Assembly (NCBI GenBank): GCA_020635085.1
Contig: JACKAL010000004.1
Location: 30,732-94,731 of the forward strand
Direction of reading: 5' to 3'
DNA: 64,000 nt
Source of the DNA: Pseudobdellovibrionaceae bacterium
Lineage (GTDB): Bacteria; Bdellovibrionota; Bdellovibrionia; Bdellovibrionales; JAGQZY01
Both the position numbers and the translations under genes were made by a program. Below are positions 1 through 9,374 of this stretch, in pieces. The stretch's first letter is position 1, and each line of letters opens with the position of its first letter. The notes under the pieces were generated by a model. That model ran no database searches. It was not told where the DNA came from and was given only the letters and a program-made list of their open reading frames with translations.

Positions 1-1268
1 GATGGGCCCAGTTCCCCATAGGCCACAAAAATACCTTGATAGGATGTTAAAGCTATAAAACTTATGACCACAATTTTTAGTAAACGGGTCAATGGCAAAA
101 AATAAGTTGTGATTGCGCCAATAACGAGAAAGAACCCGGCGTAAGATAAATAATGTAGAAAACTATCAAAGTGCTCCGGAGCCACTTTTGTCGATACTAG
201 GGGTGAGGCAAAATAAGACCCAGCACTAAGTACCAAACCCAAAAACGCAAACGAAAAAATGACGATAGCTATGTCCCATTTTTTTGGAAGATTTTTAAGA
301 GAATCCCCAACCAAAATAGCGAGCGCAGGCCATATTGGTAAAATATAGGGTGTCAATTTGGAAGACGAAATGGAAAAAAAACCAAACACACTCAAGCACC
401 AAATAACTAAAAAAATGGTTTTATCCGTCCATTGACGTTTGCGAAACAAAAAGAAAAGCCATGGGAAAAAACCTAAAATAAAAACAGGAATAAAATACCA
501 AATGGGCCCTTCTCTCCCATGTACCTTGGTCAGAAAACGTTCGAAGTGTTCATGGACAAAAAAGAAGTGGGCAAATTCAGGATTTCTCAATGAACAGAGA
601 ATCACCCATGGGCTCACGATAGCTAAGAAAATTAAAATCCCACGCACCCACCACAGGCGTTTAAAAATAGAAAAATCCCGTCTAACGACACAAAAAACAG
701 TCGCGGCCAACCCTGGCAACAAAATAGCAATTAAACCTTTGGATAAAAATCCTAAACCGATAGCGATCCAAAATACCATATTGGCAATCGTGTATTCTTT
801 TTTTGTACTGTAGCGATCTAATAAAATAGCCAAACATAGAGTTGCAAGAGTTAGAAAAAAACTTAAGCCCATGTCTAAAATATTAAGATGTCCAAGGCCC
901 ACAAAAAGCAAAGAACTACTCAAAACAGATGTCGCAATAAAAGCTGGTTCACTTCCATAGTAGCGATTAGTAAAAAGAAAAATAAGAATAAAGCACAAAA
1001 AACCTGTGAGCGCGGAATAAAGCCGAGCCGTACCATCGCCCTCACCAAAAATCTTATAAAAAACTGCCGTTCCCCAATATTGGAGGGGCGGTTTCTCAAA
1101 ATATTTTATATCATTAATGCGAGGGGTAACGTAATCTCCCGATGCGTTCATTTCTCTGGGGATTTCAGCGTAACGGCCTTCGTCAGGTTTAAATAAAGCC
1201 GGGCTATTCAGTGCTGTAAACCACATCAATGCTAACAGCGCGAAATACAAAAGAGTCTTTTTTTGCAT
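1..1268 (-). CDS. GT39-family glycosyltransferase (ArnT / PMT-like lipid-A or protein glycosyltransferase). Partial: the C-terminus lies beyond the window edge.
   Basis: My own minus-strand translation from the ATG at 1268 gives MQKKTLLYFALLALMWFTALNSPALFKPDEGRYAEIPREMNASGDYVTPRINDIKYFEKPPLQYWG..., followed by many TM segments. This is the typical ArnT/PMT N-terminus. It is missing from the ORF track because it is open at the window edge. The + strand ORFs 439-813 and 888-1196 are its shadows. Confidence 0.75.
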   Translation of the reverse strand, partial: MQKKTLLYFALLALMWFTALNSPALFKPDEGRYAEIPREMNASGDYVTPRINDIKYFEKPPLQYWGTAVFYKIFGEGDGTARLYSALTGFLCFILIFLFTNRYYGSEPAFIATSVLSSSLLFVGLGHLNILDMGLSFFLTLATLCLAILLDRYSTKKEYTIANMVFWIAIGLGFLSKGLIAILLPGLAATVFCVVRRDFSIFKRLWWVRGILIFLAIVSPWVILCSLRNPEFAHFFFVHEHFERFLTKVHGREGPIWYFIPVFILGFFPWLFFLFRKRQWTDKTIFLVIWCLSVFGFFSISSSKLTPYILPIWPALAILVGDSLKNLPKKWDIAIVIFSFAFLGLVLSAGSYFASPLVSTKVAPEHFDSFLHYLSYAGFFLVIGAITTYFLPLTRLLKIVVISFIALTSYQGIFVAYGELGP

Positions 1269-1421
1269 GTCGTTAAGTTAAAATTAATCCCCACATAAGT
1301 AAAGCCTTTGACACAAGGGTAAGGGACTGATCCATGGCTTTTATTACTATTTAGATCGTCAGAGTTTGTCCTATAATTTAAGCAAAATATTGTCGCGGCA
1401 CTATAATGGGCGGCTATGTCA

Positions 1422-2423
1422 TTACGTGGCAGATGCCTCATGCTTGTGAGCATTTTTGTGGATCACAAAGAAAAAAAGACCTAAAAGCCCAAAAAACAGC
1501 TGATAAATTTGGAAAATACTTATACTCAATACCCCCACCTGACTCTCGTAACCAAGGAAGATATTGTACAGGGAATAAAAAGCCAATTGCCCAATCCCAA
1601 GACCGCCAGGTGAAAGGGGAATCGCCATAGCGACAAAGCCTATGGGAACTGCAAAGAAAAATAAACCCCATGGCAACTCATTGCTCCCCAAGGCTTGTGC
1701 GACAAAAATAAAAAAGAATACCGCAACACTCTGCACCACTACACTGAGTATAAGACAGCGCAGAACCAGCGATTTTTTTTCGCCAAAGGAGCTAATACTT
1801 TGATACACATGCATGAATGTTGGGCCCAGAGGTAAGTGATTGATTTTATGAAATCTGGAATGAGATAAAAACTTCGAAAAAGCCGCAATAGTAAATAAAC
1901 AAAGAAAAACAAATAATGCGGAAATAACCAGGGCAATGGAGCGCAACTGAAGATTAGCGCTGATCTTATCATAATTCCAAAAAATGCTTACAATCGCCAA
2001 ACTGAGCATGGCTAACAATCCAAGCACTCGATCGACAAAAACAGAAATCATTGCCTTGGACTTAGATAGATGCGCATCTGCTCGACTGAGATAATAGGCT
2101 TTTAATACATCGCCACCGACACTACTTGGCAGAGCGAAGTTAAAAAATAACCCCATTAAGCTCAGCTTTAAGGTAAAGAAAAAGCTATAACTACGACTCT
2201 GTGAACTCAGAAGTAAATGCCAGCGATAATTGCCGATCACTGTAACCAAAAAGAAGACAAAGAAGGCGGTAACTAAATAGATTGGCTGTGGACAATTCCA
2301 CAGCATGGAAAAATCTAAGGCACCATTTTTATAGAGCCAAAATAATAAAATACCGGAAAAGATAATTTTTAAACTGTAGGTAAATATCTGTTTCTTCTGC
2401 ATGAATGTTTTGCAGCTTACCAT
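1422..2423 (-). CDS. UPF0104 / lysylphosphatidylglycerol-synthase-TM-region-like integral membrane protein
   Basis: 333-aa polytopic membrane ORF. The GGDVLKAYYL-type motif and overall architecture fit the flippase-like family often found next to GT39/GT2 genes. An alternative start is the ATG at 2402. Confidence 0.55.
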   Translation of the reverse strand: MVSCKTFMQKKQIFTYSLKIIFSGILLFWLYKNGALDFSMLWNCPQPIYLVTAFFVFFLVTVIGNYRWHLLLSSQSRSYSFFFTLKLSLMGLFFNFALPSSVGGDVLKAYYLSRADAHLSKSKAMISVFVDRVLGLLAMLSLAIVSIFWNYDKISANLQLRSIALVISALFVFLCLFTIAAFSKFLSHSRFHKINHLPLGPTFMHVYQSISSFGEKKSLVLRCLILSVVVQSVAVFFFIFVAQALGSNELPWGLFFFAVPIGFVAMAIPLSPGGLGIGQLAFYSLYNIFLGYESQVGVLSISIFQIYQLFFGLLGLFFFVIHKNAHKHEASAT

Positions 2424-2487
2424 CTCCCGCAGAAGAAACGTAACAAATCCTTTACTTCATGCGCCGTTTCTAAAGGCAACATATCCT

Positions 2488-3054
2488 TTAAAAAAGAGAC
2501 GTACTCACTTCTTCGTATGATGGTTCATATACAAACAAGCCTTTCTCAATACTATTTTGCACAAGGGGATCTAAGCCATCAGCCCGATTTCCCCACAATT
2601 GCATGGATATTCTAGTAAACGTTTTTGGTGCAAATTTACCCGTAGAGATAAAAGCTAGCGATGTTTCCGTAAACACATCCAGACTTCCTCCTGGTGAGGA
2701 AATAGAAATTTCGCTACCGTCTTCTAAAATCGCCTTGACTGAACCTATAAAATCAAAAAACTCGAAGTGCGCTAAAGAGGAACTGATAAATGTTACGTTC
2801 TTCGCAGAAAGCGAAGCTTCAATGAGCTTTACCTTGTGTTCAATTCCACAAAAATCTTTTCTATAAAGAGAACATTTAATTTCATAAGATTCTGGTCTGT
2901 ATCTTAGAAGTGCACCCCCATTATTTTGCATTTGAATCGATAGCTTTACGTTCTCTTTATTTTGGGAACTATTCATCTCTCCTAGACTCACTTCTTTCGC
3001 CTGAGCAAAAGAGAAGAAGAGCAGAACCATTAAAAACATCGTTTTTTTTATCAT
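2488..3054 (-). CDS. hypothetical exported protein
   Basis: 188-aa ORF with a signal peptide (MIKKTMFLMVLLFFSFAQA). No motif recognised. Confidence 0.5.
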   Translation of the reverse strand: MIKKTMFLMVLLFFSFAQAKEVSLGEMNSSQNKENVKLSIQMQNNGGALLRYRPESYEIKCSLYRKDFCGIEHKVKLIEASLSAKNVTFISSSLAHFEFFDFIGSVKAILEDGSEISISSPGGSLDVFTETSLAFISTGKFAPKTFTRISMQLWGNRADGLDPLVQNSIEKGLFVYEPSYEEVSTSLF

Positions 3055-3253
3055 CGTATTATCCTTTGTAAGTTTAATTTTACCAAGATCTCGTTCAGAC
3101 TATTAGCGCATTTCAACAACAATGCATAATATACGATAGGTATCACTGCTATAGTTTATTTTTATAAATCAGCTCTGAGTCTCATTTACAGTAAGAGACA
3201 TATATATTATTCATTTTATAAAGAACTGGTTTTATTGGCATTCGGTTACAATA

Positions 3254-3601
3254 TTATATCGACCCCTGCTGATGCTGTTGAACTGCTTGCATGGCCTCAA
3301 TACCATAAACGACAGATGGCCCTCCACCCATGAGAATAGCTACTCCAATTGTCTCAGCAATCTCTTCTGCTGTAGCCCCACTCTCTAAGGCATCATGCAC
3401 ATGGTACGTAATACAACCATCACAACGAACGGTAATAGCAATAGCCAGTGCAATGAGTTCTTTCGTTTTAGTACACAATGCACCTTGAACCGTAGCAGCA
3501 GCATGAAGTTGCCCAAAGCCACTCATCGGCCCGGGGATTGTTGCACCTAATTTATCCATCCATTCATTGAGCTCTTTGTACTGAGCTACGAAATTTTTCA
3601 T
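3254..3601 (-). CDS. carboxymuconolactone decarboxylase (AhpD-like) family protein
   Basis: Has the CDGCITYH CxxC motif and the typical CMD core. I chose the ATG at 3601 because a GGAGAG RBS sits 5 nt upstream. The maximal ORF extends to 3631. Confidence 0.75.
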   Translation of the reverse strand: MKNFVAQYKELNEWMDKLGATIPGPMSGFGQLHAAATVQGALCTKTKELIALAIAITVRCDGCITYHVHDALESGATAEEIAETIGVAILMGGGPSVVYGIEAMQAVQQHQQGSI

Positions 3602-3855
3602 GTTTCTCTCCTCGTTAAGCGGGTTCGACAATAATCTATGTATGAAGTCTGCTGATCCGTGACGATATATATCATATTTTTAGAACATGAACACTCTTTC
3701 TGGATGCACAGAGCCAGCAGATCCATTCAGCAAAAGTCCATAGATCATTAGTTTACTATTAAGCTCTGGCCACCTACATTCATAAGAAAAGTACATTCCA
3801 TGATATGGCATTTTCCCAAGCTCTGTGGTACTTCCCATCTAACGGAGGATTTTTC

Positions 3856-4566
3856 ATGATTGAACTTATTGTTTACCCCAAACCCGAAAGTGCTAAACTT
3901 ATTAACAATAGCCCCTTTTGTGCTAAATCTGAAATCTATCTTCGCCTCAATAATATTGAGCACAAAGTCACAGAATTTAAAGGAAACCCGAGCCAATTTC
4001 CCAATAAAAAACTACCTGTTATTAGTCACAACGACAAAATCATTCCTGATTCCAGCTGGATTCAAAAGTATGTAGATAATGCATTTGATATTGATATGGA
4101 CTCTCACCTTTCCAATTCGCAAAAAGCCCAAGGCTTTGCCTTTACTAAGATGTGCGAAGAGTATCTTTATTGGAGTCTGCTCCACGAACGTTGGTTTATA
4201 GATGCCAACTGGAAAAACCTTGTTGCGAGTTATTTTGACCACATTCCGGCTCTTATCAGAGGACCCATCACCAATATGATTCGTAAAGCCACTAAAAAAT
4301 CAGCCATTGGACATGGTATGAGTCGACACACGGATGAGCACATTCATACAATGGGCACAGAGTGCCTTAAGGCCATCTCGGATTTTATGGGAGACCATAA
4401 ATTTCTTCTCGGTGATCGTATCTCCTCTTATGACGCTACAATTTATGCGTTTATTTCTTCTGTTTTACACTCTCCGCTAGGTCCCAAACTAAAAGCGGAG
4501 GCCGAAAAATTCGACAACCTCGTCGCCTATGACAGTCGAATGTACGCTCTGACTTTTCTTAGCTGA
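3856..4566 (+). CDS. glutathione S-transferase-like protein (thioredoxin-fold N-domain, metaxin/GST_N_4-like)
   Basis: MIELIVYPK...SPFCAKSEIYL...KLPVI pattern plus a helical C-domain. GGAGGA RBS lies 7 nt upstream of the ATG at 3856. The maximal ORF starts at 3805. Confidence 0.6.
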   Translation: MIELIVYPKPESAKLINNSPFCAKSEIYLRLNNIEHKVTEFKGNPSQFPNKKLPVISHNDKIIPDSSWIQKYVDNAFDIDMDSHLSNSQKAQGFAFTKMCEEYLYWSLLHERWFIDANWKNLVASYFDHIPALIRGPITNMIRKATKKSAIGHGMSRHTDEHIHTMGTECLKAISDFMGDHKFLLGDRISSYDATIYAFISSVLHSPLGPKLKAEAEKFDNLVAYDSRMYALTFLS

Positions 4567-4620
4567 TTAGCAAAGCATCTCGCTATAAAAAAATGAGAAA
4601 TGTAAGGCCACTCATGAGAG

Positions 4621-7026
4621 CTATCTCTTTTTAATAGGTCCCACTGCCCCAAGAAGAAAACCTATAAGGGAAAGCACCATCAACATAGAAAACTGAGGTG
4701 GTGAAATCATAAAGATTCGTGAGAATATAGGAACATAAGAGAGCATTGCTGCAATCAACAATAAAAGAAGACTTGCCACAACTGTGGACCACGAACATTT
4801 TGTCGCACACTTAAAGATCCCTCCCTTTTCCCCTAAGAGGAGTCCTATATTTCCAGTAATAATCATTAAAACCGCAAGACTGCTTCGCTCTAATTTTTTC
4901 TCATCGGCATAATAAAAAACCAACACGCTTAAAAGGGTTAGTAGAATACCCCTTGTGGCGGACCAAAATAGTCTCTCTTTAGATAAAAATGAAAATTTCG
5001 TATTTTTAAAAGTTTCTGATTCTACAAATACAAATGTCGAAATAGGATGGACAATTAACTCTAAAAGAACAACATGAATAGGGTATAAAATGGGCGCATT
5101 TAAGAAAAAAGCCTGCACTAATGCAATACTAATAATGGGTATATGAAATGCAATTAAATAGCCAAAACTCTCGCTTAAGCTTTTTAAAACGTTTTGCCCC
5201 TCAATGATGGAATCTATGATCCCGCCAAAATCATTTTTTAAAAGTACAAGTTGTGCTGCAGAGCGGGCCACATCTGTCGCACGCTCTCCCATACTAATTC
5301 CCACATCGGCTAACTTAAGAGCAGGAGCATCATTAATACCATCTCCAGTCATTGCAACGACGTCCCCTTCTTCCTTTAAGGCTTTTACTAATTCTAATTT
5401 TTGCTCTGGTTTAAGGCGCGCAAAGATAGCTCCTTTTTGATACGCTAATTTTTTATCTTCTAGAGAAAGTTTTTCTAAATCTGGACCAGTAAACAATTGG
5501 CTATGTTCATGCGGTAAATCTATGGCATCGGCAATAGCATGAGCCGTTAGAAGATGATCTCCTGTTAACATTTTTAAACGTATATTTCTTTTTTTGCACT
5601 CATCAATAGCCGTCGGCACAGAGGGACGAATAGGATCGGTAAAGCTGAGAATTCCTAAAAATGTAAGCTCAGATTCATCACTCGCACGATCTCCAGTAAA
5701 GACACCTTCCTTATAAGCAACAGCCAATAACCGTTTTCCACCTCTAGCTTCTTGGGTGGCAATCTTGAGAATTTTCTCTTTTTGTTCTACACTTGTTTTG
5801 CATAAAGCCAAAACACCCTCCAAGGCCCCCTTCATCGCCAGAAACTGTCGATCCGACTGGTTCTCTTGCCACACGTGACACATATATTTCTTTTTCAATT
5901 CAAACGGATAATCGTATTGCAAATTCCAATGTGCGTGTAAATTATAAATTTCTTCTTCTCCCCATTTGCTACGTACCCATTCAAAAATGGAGGCCTCCAT
6001 CGCATCCACCGCCTTGGGTTCACAGGCAAAGACCAGGACCTGTTTGCAAATTTCAGAGGACGCCTGGGGCTCTATTGAATAAATCTGTTCAAGATGAAAC
6101 TTGCCTTCTGTAAGAGTTCCCGTTTTATCTGTACAAATAACATCTACTCGTGCGAGGCCCTCCACTGAGGGAAGAGATTTTACTAGAATGCCTTTTTGCG
6201 ATAAACGATATGCGGCCAAGCTCAAATAAAGAGTAAAAACCAAGGGGAACTCTTCGGGAATAGAGGCCATCGCCAACGTCAAAGCAGAAATAAGACTTTC
6301 CCCAATGCCATGATTGTTTAAAAGGCTCACTGCAAAAACGAGTGCGGCCAAAATAACCGCGATGATAAAAACATAACGAACCACTCTCTTAATAGTTTTA
6401 AGTAGCGGGCTCGGTTCCGCTTCAAACTCACGTAAAATTTCTGCAATCACTCCCAGTTGAGATGTGGCTCCTGTACGTAAAATTTCACTGATTCCGCCTC
6501 CCGTTACAATCGTTGTTCCCGATAGTATTTCATCACCAACGGCTTTCTCCACAGGAATGGATTCACCAGTAACAGAGGACTCATCGATCGTAAGATTGGT
6601 GGTTTCCAAGAGCTTACCATCAGCAGGAAGCATCTGTCCCTCTTCTAAAATAATAAAATCACCGGGCACGAGATGACGTATAGGAATGGAAATTGTCTTA
6701 CCGTCTCGAAGAACATAACAAGAGGTTTTTAAAGATTTTTTTAAAGCACGCAGTGCTTTTTTAGATCTCATCTCTAAAGCAACATCTACCGCAGCAATTG
6801 GAAAAAAAGCGATCAATAAAACAAGGGCTTCACTATACTGACCTAAGAACCAATATACAGCACTAAGAATGAGTAGCATTGCGCTCATGGGATCAAAAAG
6901 AATTTTAAGTAAATTCTCAATAATGAAATTAGCTTTACGCTCATCAATTTCATTAAAACCATGTTCGACAAGTCTTTTTTTAGCTTCAGCCTCTGATAGT
7001 CCCATCAGTTGCAAATGGGAATTCAT
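4621..7026 (-). CDS. P-type cation-transporting ATPase (P2/P3-like, Ca2+/Mg2+ type)
   Basis: 801 aa with TGES, DKTGTLT, MLTGD and GDGINDAPAL motifs, a Cation_ATPase_N-like N-terminus (GLSEAEAKKRL) and C-terminal TM helices. Confidence 0.9.
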   Translation of the reverse strand: MNSHLQLMGLSEAEAKKRLVEHGFNEIDERKANFIIENLLKILFDPMSAMLLILSAVYWFLGQYSEALVLLIAFFPIAAVDVALEMRSKKALRALKKSLKTSCYVLRDGKTISIPIRHLVPGDFIILEEGQMLPADGKLLETTNLTIDESSVTGESIPVEKAVGDEILSGTTIVTGGGISEILRTGATSQLGVIAEILREFEAEPSPLLKTIKRVVRYVFIIAVILAALVFAVSLLNNHGIGESLISALTLAMASIPEEFPLVFTLYLSLAAYRLSQKGILVKSLPSVEGLARVDVICTDKTGTLTEGKFHLEQIYSIEPQASSEICKQVLVFACEPKAVDAMEASIFEWVRSKWGEEEIYNLHAHWNLQYDYPFELKKKYMCHVWQENQSDRQFLAMKGALEGVLALCKTSVEQKEKILKIATQEARGGKRLLAVAYKEGVFTGDRASDESELTFLGILSFTDPIRPSVPTAIDECKKRNIRLKMLTGDHLLTAHAIADAIDLPHEHSQLFTGPDLEKLSLEDKKLAYQKGAIFARLKPEQKLELVKALKEEGDVVAMTGDGINDAPALKLADVGISMGERATDVARSAAQLVLLKNDFGGIIDSIIEGQNVLKSLSESFGYLIAFHIPIISIALVQAFFLNAPILYPIHVVLLELIVHPISTFVFVESETFKNTKFSFLSKERLFWSATRGILLTLLSVLVFYYADEKKLERSSLAVLMIITGNIGLLLGEKGGIFKCATKCSWSTVVASLLLLLIAAMLSYVPIFSRIFMISPPQFSMLMVLSLIGFLLGAVGPIKKR

Positions 7027-7141
7027 TTGTTATCATCCTCCGCGAATTGGGATAAACACCCTGGGCCATTTGAAAAAGCAGCCTCTTCCTCTTTTACAGA
7101 TCTTGATACGTAAATATATCACCATCAATTAAAACTACCAT

Positions 7142-7175
7142 AAAAAAAGGACGCAATTAAAAGTGCGTCCTTTTT
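7142..7175 (-). terminator. rho-independent terminator (bidirectional shape) after the lipoprotein gene
   Basis: GGACGCA-attaaaag-TGCGTCC stem-loop flanked by A7 and T5 runs. Confidence 0.6.
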
Positions 7176-7236
7176 GCTCATTTTAACACATTTACTAGTA
7201 GTTTTTTCCAGATATCTTGTGAGAGTACCGTATCTA

Positions 7237-8658
7237 CTAAAATCCCGAAGATAATGTCGGCCCTGCAGGCGCGGTATAGCTTGGAAAACTTGTATCAGAT
7301 GTTAAATCCACGAGATCATTAGTCGCCCCGTCTCCAGAATGCGTCGGCCAGTCGTATGTAAAACTTCCGTTGGTATCATTACACGAATTCGTGGGCGCAT
7401 AGGTGATGCTAGACGACGTGGGAGAAAAGAAAGTAGCTGACGTTGTTTTAGAAAAACATTGCTTCTGTGCCAAATGGGTTGTTGTTGCCATACTGTGATT
7501 ACCTCCAGGTCCAGCCCAATTACAGATAAATCCCGTAATTGAATTTGTGTTAGAGGTTAATGTGGTACTAAATGCATCACCAAAACCAAAAAATCCGCAA
7601 CCATCAAATTGACTCCCAGATTTAGTTGTGTAGGCATTAAATACACGAGTATTGCTGTCTCCGCCTCCTGCCTGCCATGCATAGGAGAGCGTCCCGGTTT
7701 CTGAACTTAAATCGTAGTCTAAAACAGCGTGATTCATATTGCCGCTCCAACCACTGAGCTTTAAATCGCCATTCGTTTCAAACATTGCTGATTCTGAAGT
7801 CGCAAGACTCCACGTCCCCGCATAATACTGCATAGAAATATCATTCGATGTTTTAGTGAAACTTGCTGAAAATGCATCGCGATTGGTTGTTTCAAAGAAA
7901 CCATATAGACGACCCTCTTTTTGTGTGGTCGTTTTATTTACTTTTGAAACAACCTTAAAAGCTTTCGCTCCATCAGTCGTTCCTTCAAGCGTTAGGGTAA
8001 ATGATCCATCAGAGTTTCTCGCCATATTGGCCGTGGTTATAGTCGCAGCCGGAGTATCTTCTTGTACCACATCCTGAAAGCTGCTGGCAAAATCCACACT
8101 ACTAGAGGAAGTTGGGATCACTGTACCACCAGTAGTTAAAACACAAATAGCACTGGCTTGTAAACCCATTGCAGAGTCAAAATAGTTTGCAGCAGATTTA
8201 ACCAGTTGGTTAATCTGAGCAGCCGCACAAGCTTCGCCACTCACTTCTGTTTGATCCCAAATTCCTAAATCACCACCTGGCAAAGAACCACTGCCGCCAC
8301 CATCTTGATGATTGGTATAATTGATTGTGGGGCCGTAACAATTCGCTCGCCCTGCAAACCCCGACAAACTTGCAAAAGATATACGACAACCCGTTGCTGC
8401 TTTACCTGAAGCTAAATCAGTGAGTGTTGTAATTTTTGTTTTGACAGACTCATCACCGTGTAAAGAAAAGGCGCTAACGTTACGAGACAGGGCCGGCACA
8501 AATGAACTTGTACCTACAGTGCCTGAGACTGGTGACGACACCGCCACGCCGGCAAAGGCATCTTGCCAAGAAGTAGAGGTTCCGCTATCAGATGATGAGC
8601 TACACCCGGCGACCAATAACAAGCTTAAAGAAGTATGAACTAAAAATGCTTTTCTCAT
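7237..8658 (-). CDS. Ser/Thr/Gly-rich lipoprotein, function unknown
   Basis: Lipobox LLVAGC|SSS follows MRKAF. GGGAGAG RBS lies upstream of the ATG at 8658. The maximal ORF extends to 8727. No enzymatic motif seen. Confidence 0.6.
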   Translation of the reverse strand: MRKAFLVHTSLSLLLVAGCSSSSDSGTSTSWQDAFAGVAVSSPVSGTVGTSSFVPALSRNVSAFSLHGDESVKTKITTLTDLASGKAATGCRISFASLSGFAGRANCYGPTINYTNHQDGGGSGSLPGGDLGIWDQTEVSGEACAAAQINQLVKSAANYFDSAMGLQASAICVLTTGGTVIPTSSSSVDFASSFQDVVQEDTPAATITTANMARNSDGSFTLTLEGTTDGAKAFKVVSKVNKTTTQKEGRLYGFFETTNRDAFSASFTKTSNDISMQYYAGTWSLATSESAMFETNGDLKLSGWSGNMNHAVLDYDLSSETGTLSYAWQAGGGDSNTRVFNAYTTKSGSQFDGCGFFGFGDAFSTTLTSNTNSITGFICNWAGPGGNHSMATTTHLAQKQCFSKTTSATFFSPTSSSITYAPTNSCNDTNGSFTYDWPTHSGDGATNDLVDLTSDTSFPSYTAPAGPTLSSGF

Positions 8659-8767
8659 TTTCTCTCCCTGCCTAATCATATTTTTTTGATTTTTCTCAAT
8701 TAACATATGACAAATGACCTTTGTCACGAAAAGATAGCGTTTATCTACTTAGGTCCTAAGATGTATT

Positions 8768-8797
8768 TAATAACACACCACTTCTTGGACAGGCTCT
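8768..8797 (+). repeat. 30-nt intergenic motif, copy 1
   Basis: TAATAACACACCACTTCTTGGACAGGCTCT. It overlaps the VOC gene stop codon by 2 nt. Confidence 0.8.
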
Positions 8798-9338
8798 AAG
8801 ACTTTGCAAACTCTTGACTATGTAACCAAGCTGCTTGACGTGGAGGTTGTTTCGTTCGACTCCATTCCTCAAGCATGGCTGGCGCAATATTTTTTAATTC
8901 CTTCATCTGTTCCGCCGTACCCGTAACACAAGTCAACTCAACACGATGACCATTCGGATCAAAGAAATAGATTGAGCGAATAATTCCATGTTCCGTCACT
9001 CCAATAACGTCTAACCCCTTTGCTTCGAGTTCCTGCTTTGCTTTTACCAAAGCATCTGAATCATGAACCTGGAAAGCAATATGCTGCACCCACTTGGGTG
9101 TATTGCGATCACGATCCATCGGCGGGTTTCCGGTAATTTCAAAAAAAGCGAGAATATTCCCAGCTCCCGCATCTAAAAACACATGCATATAAGGGTCTGG
9201 CTCTTTTGTAGACGGGACTTTATCTTCAGCAATACAAACGAGCAAATCCATGTTGAGATATTTTTTATAAAACTCAACCGTTTCTTTGGCATCATTGCAG
9301 CGATAAGCGACGTGATGAATTTTATCGATCTTAATCAT
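8796..9338 (-). CDS. VOC (glyoxalase / bleomycin-resistance / extradiol dioxygenase) family protein
   Basis: 180 aa. The pattern IHHVAYRC...HVFL...QHIAF...YFFDPNGHRVEL is typical of paired beta-alpha-beta-beta-beta modules. GGGAG RBS present. It lies 36 nt downstream of phhA. Confidence 0.7.
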   Translation of the reverse strand: MIKIDKIHHVAYRCNDAKETVEFYKKYLNMDLLVCIAEDKVPSTKEPDPYMHVFLDAGAGNILAFFEITGNPPMDRDRNTPKWVQHIAFQVHDSDALVKAKQELEAKGLDVIGVTEHGIIRSIYFFDPNGHRVELTCVTGTAEQMKELKNIAPAMLEEWSRTKQPPRQAAWLHSQEFAKS

Positions 9339-9374
9339 AAATTACTCCCTTTTTTATTCTCTGCTTTATTTTTA

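Noticed and set aside
439-1196. Two + strand ORFs (124 aa and 102 aa), rich in K/R/N.
   Set aside because: They have low-complexity composition and no RBS. They lie entirely antisense to a convincing GT39 membrane-protein frame, so they are shadow ORFs.
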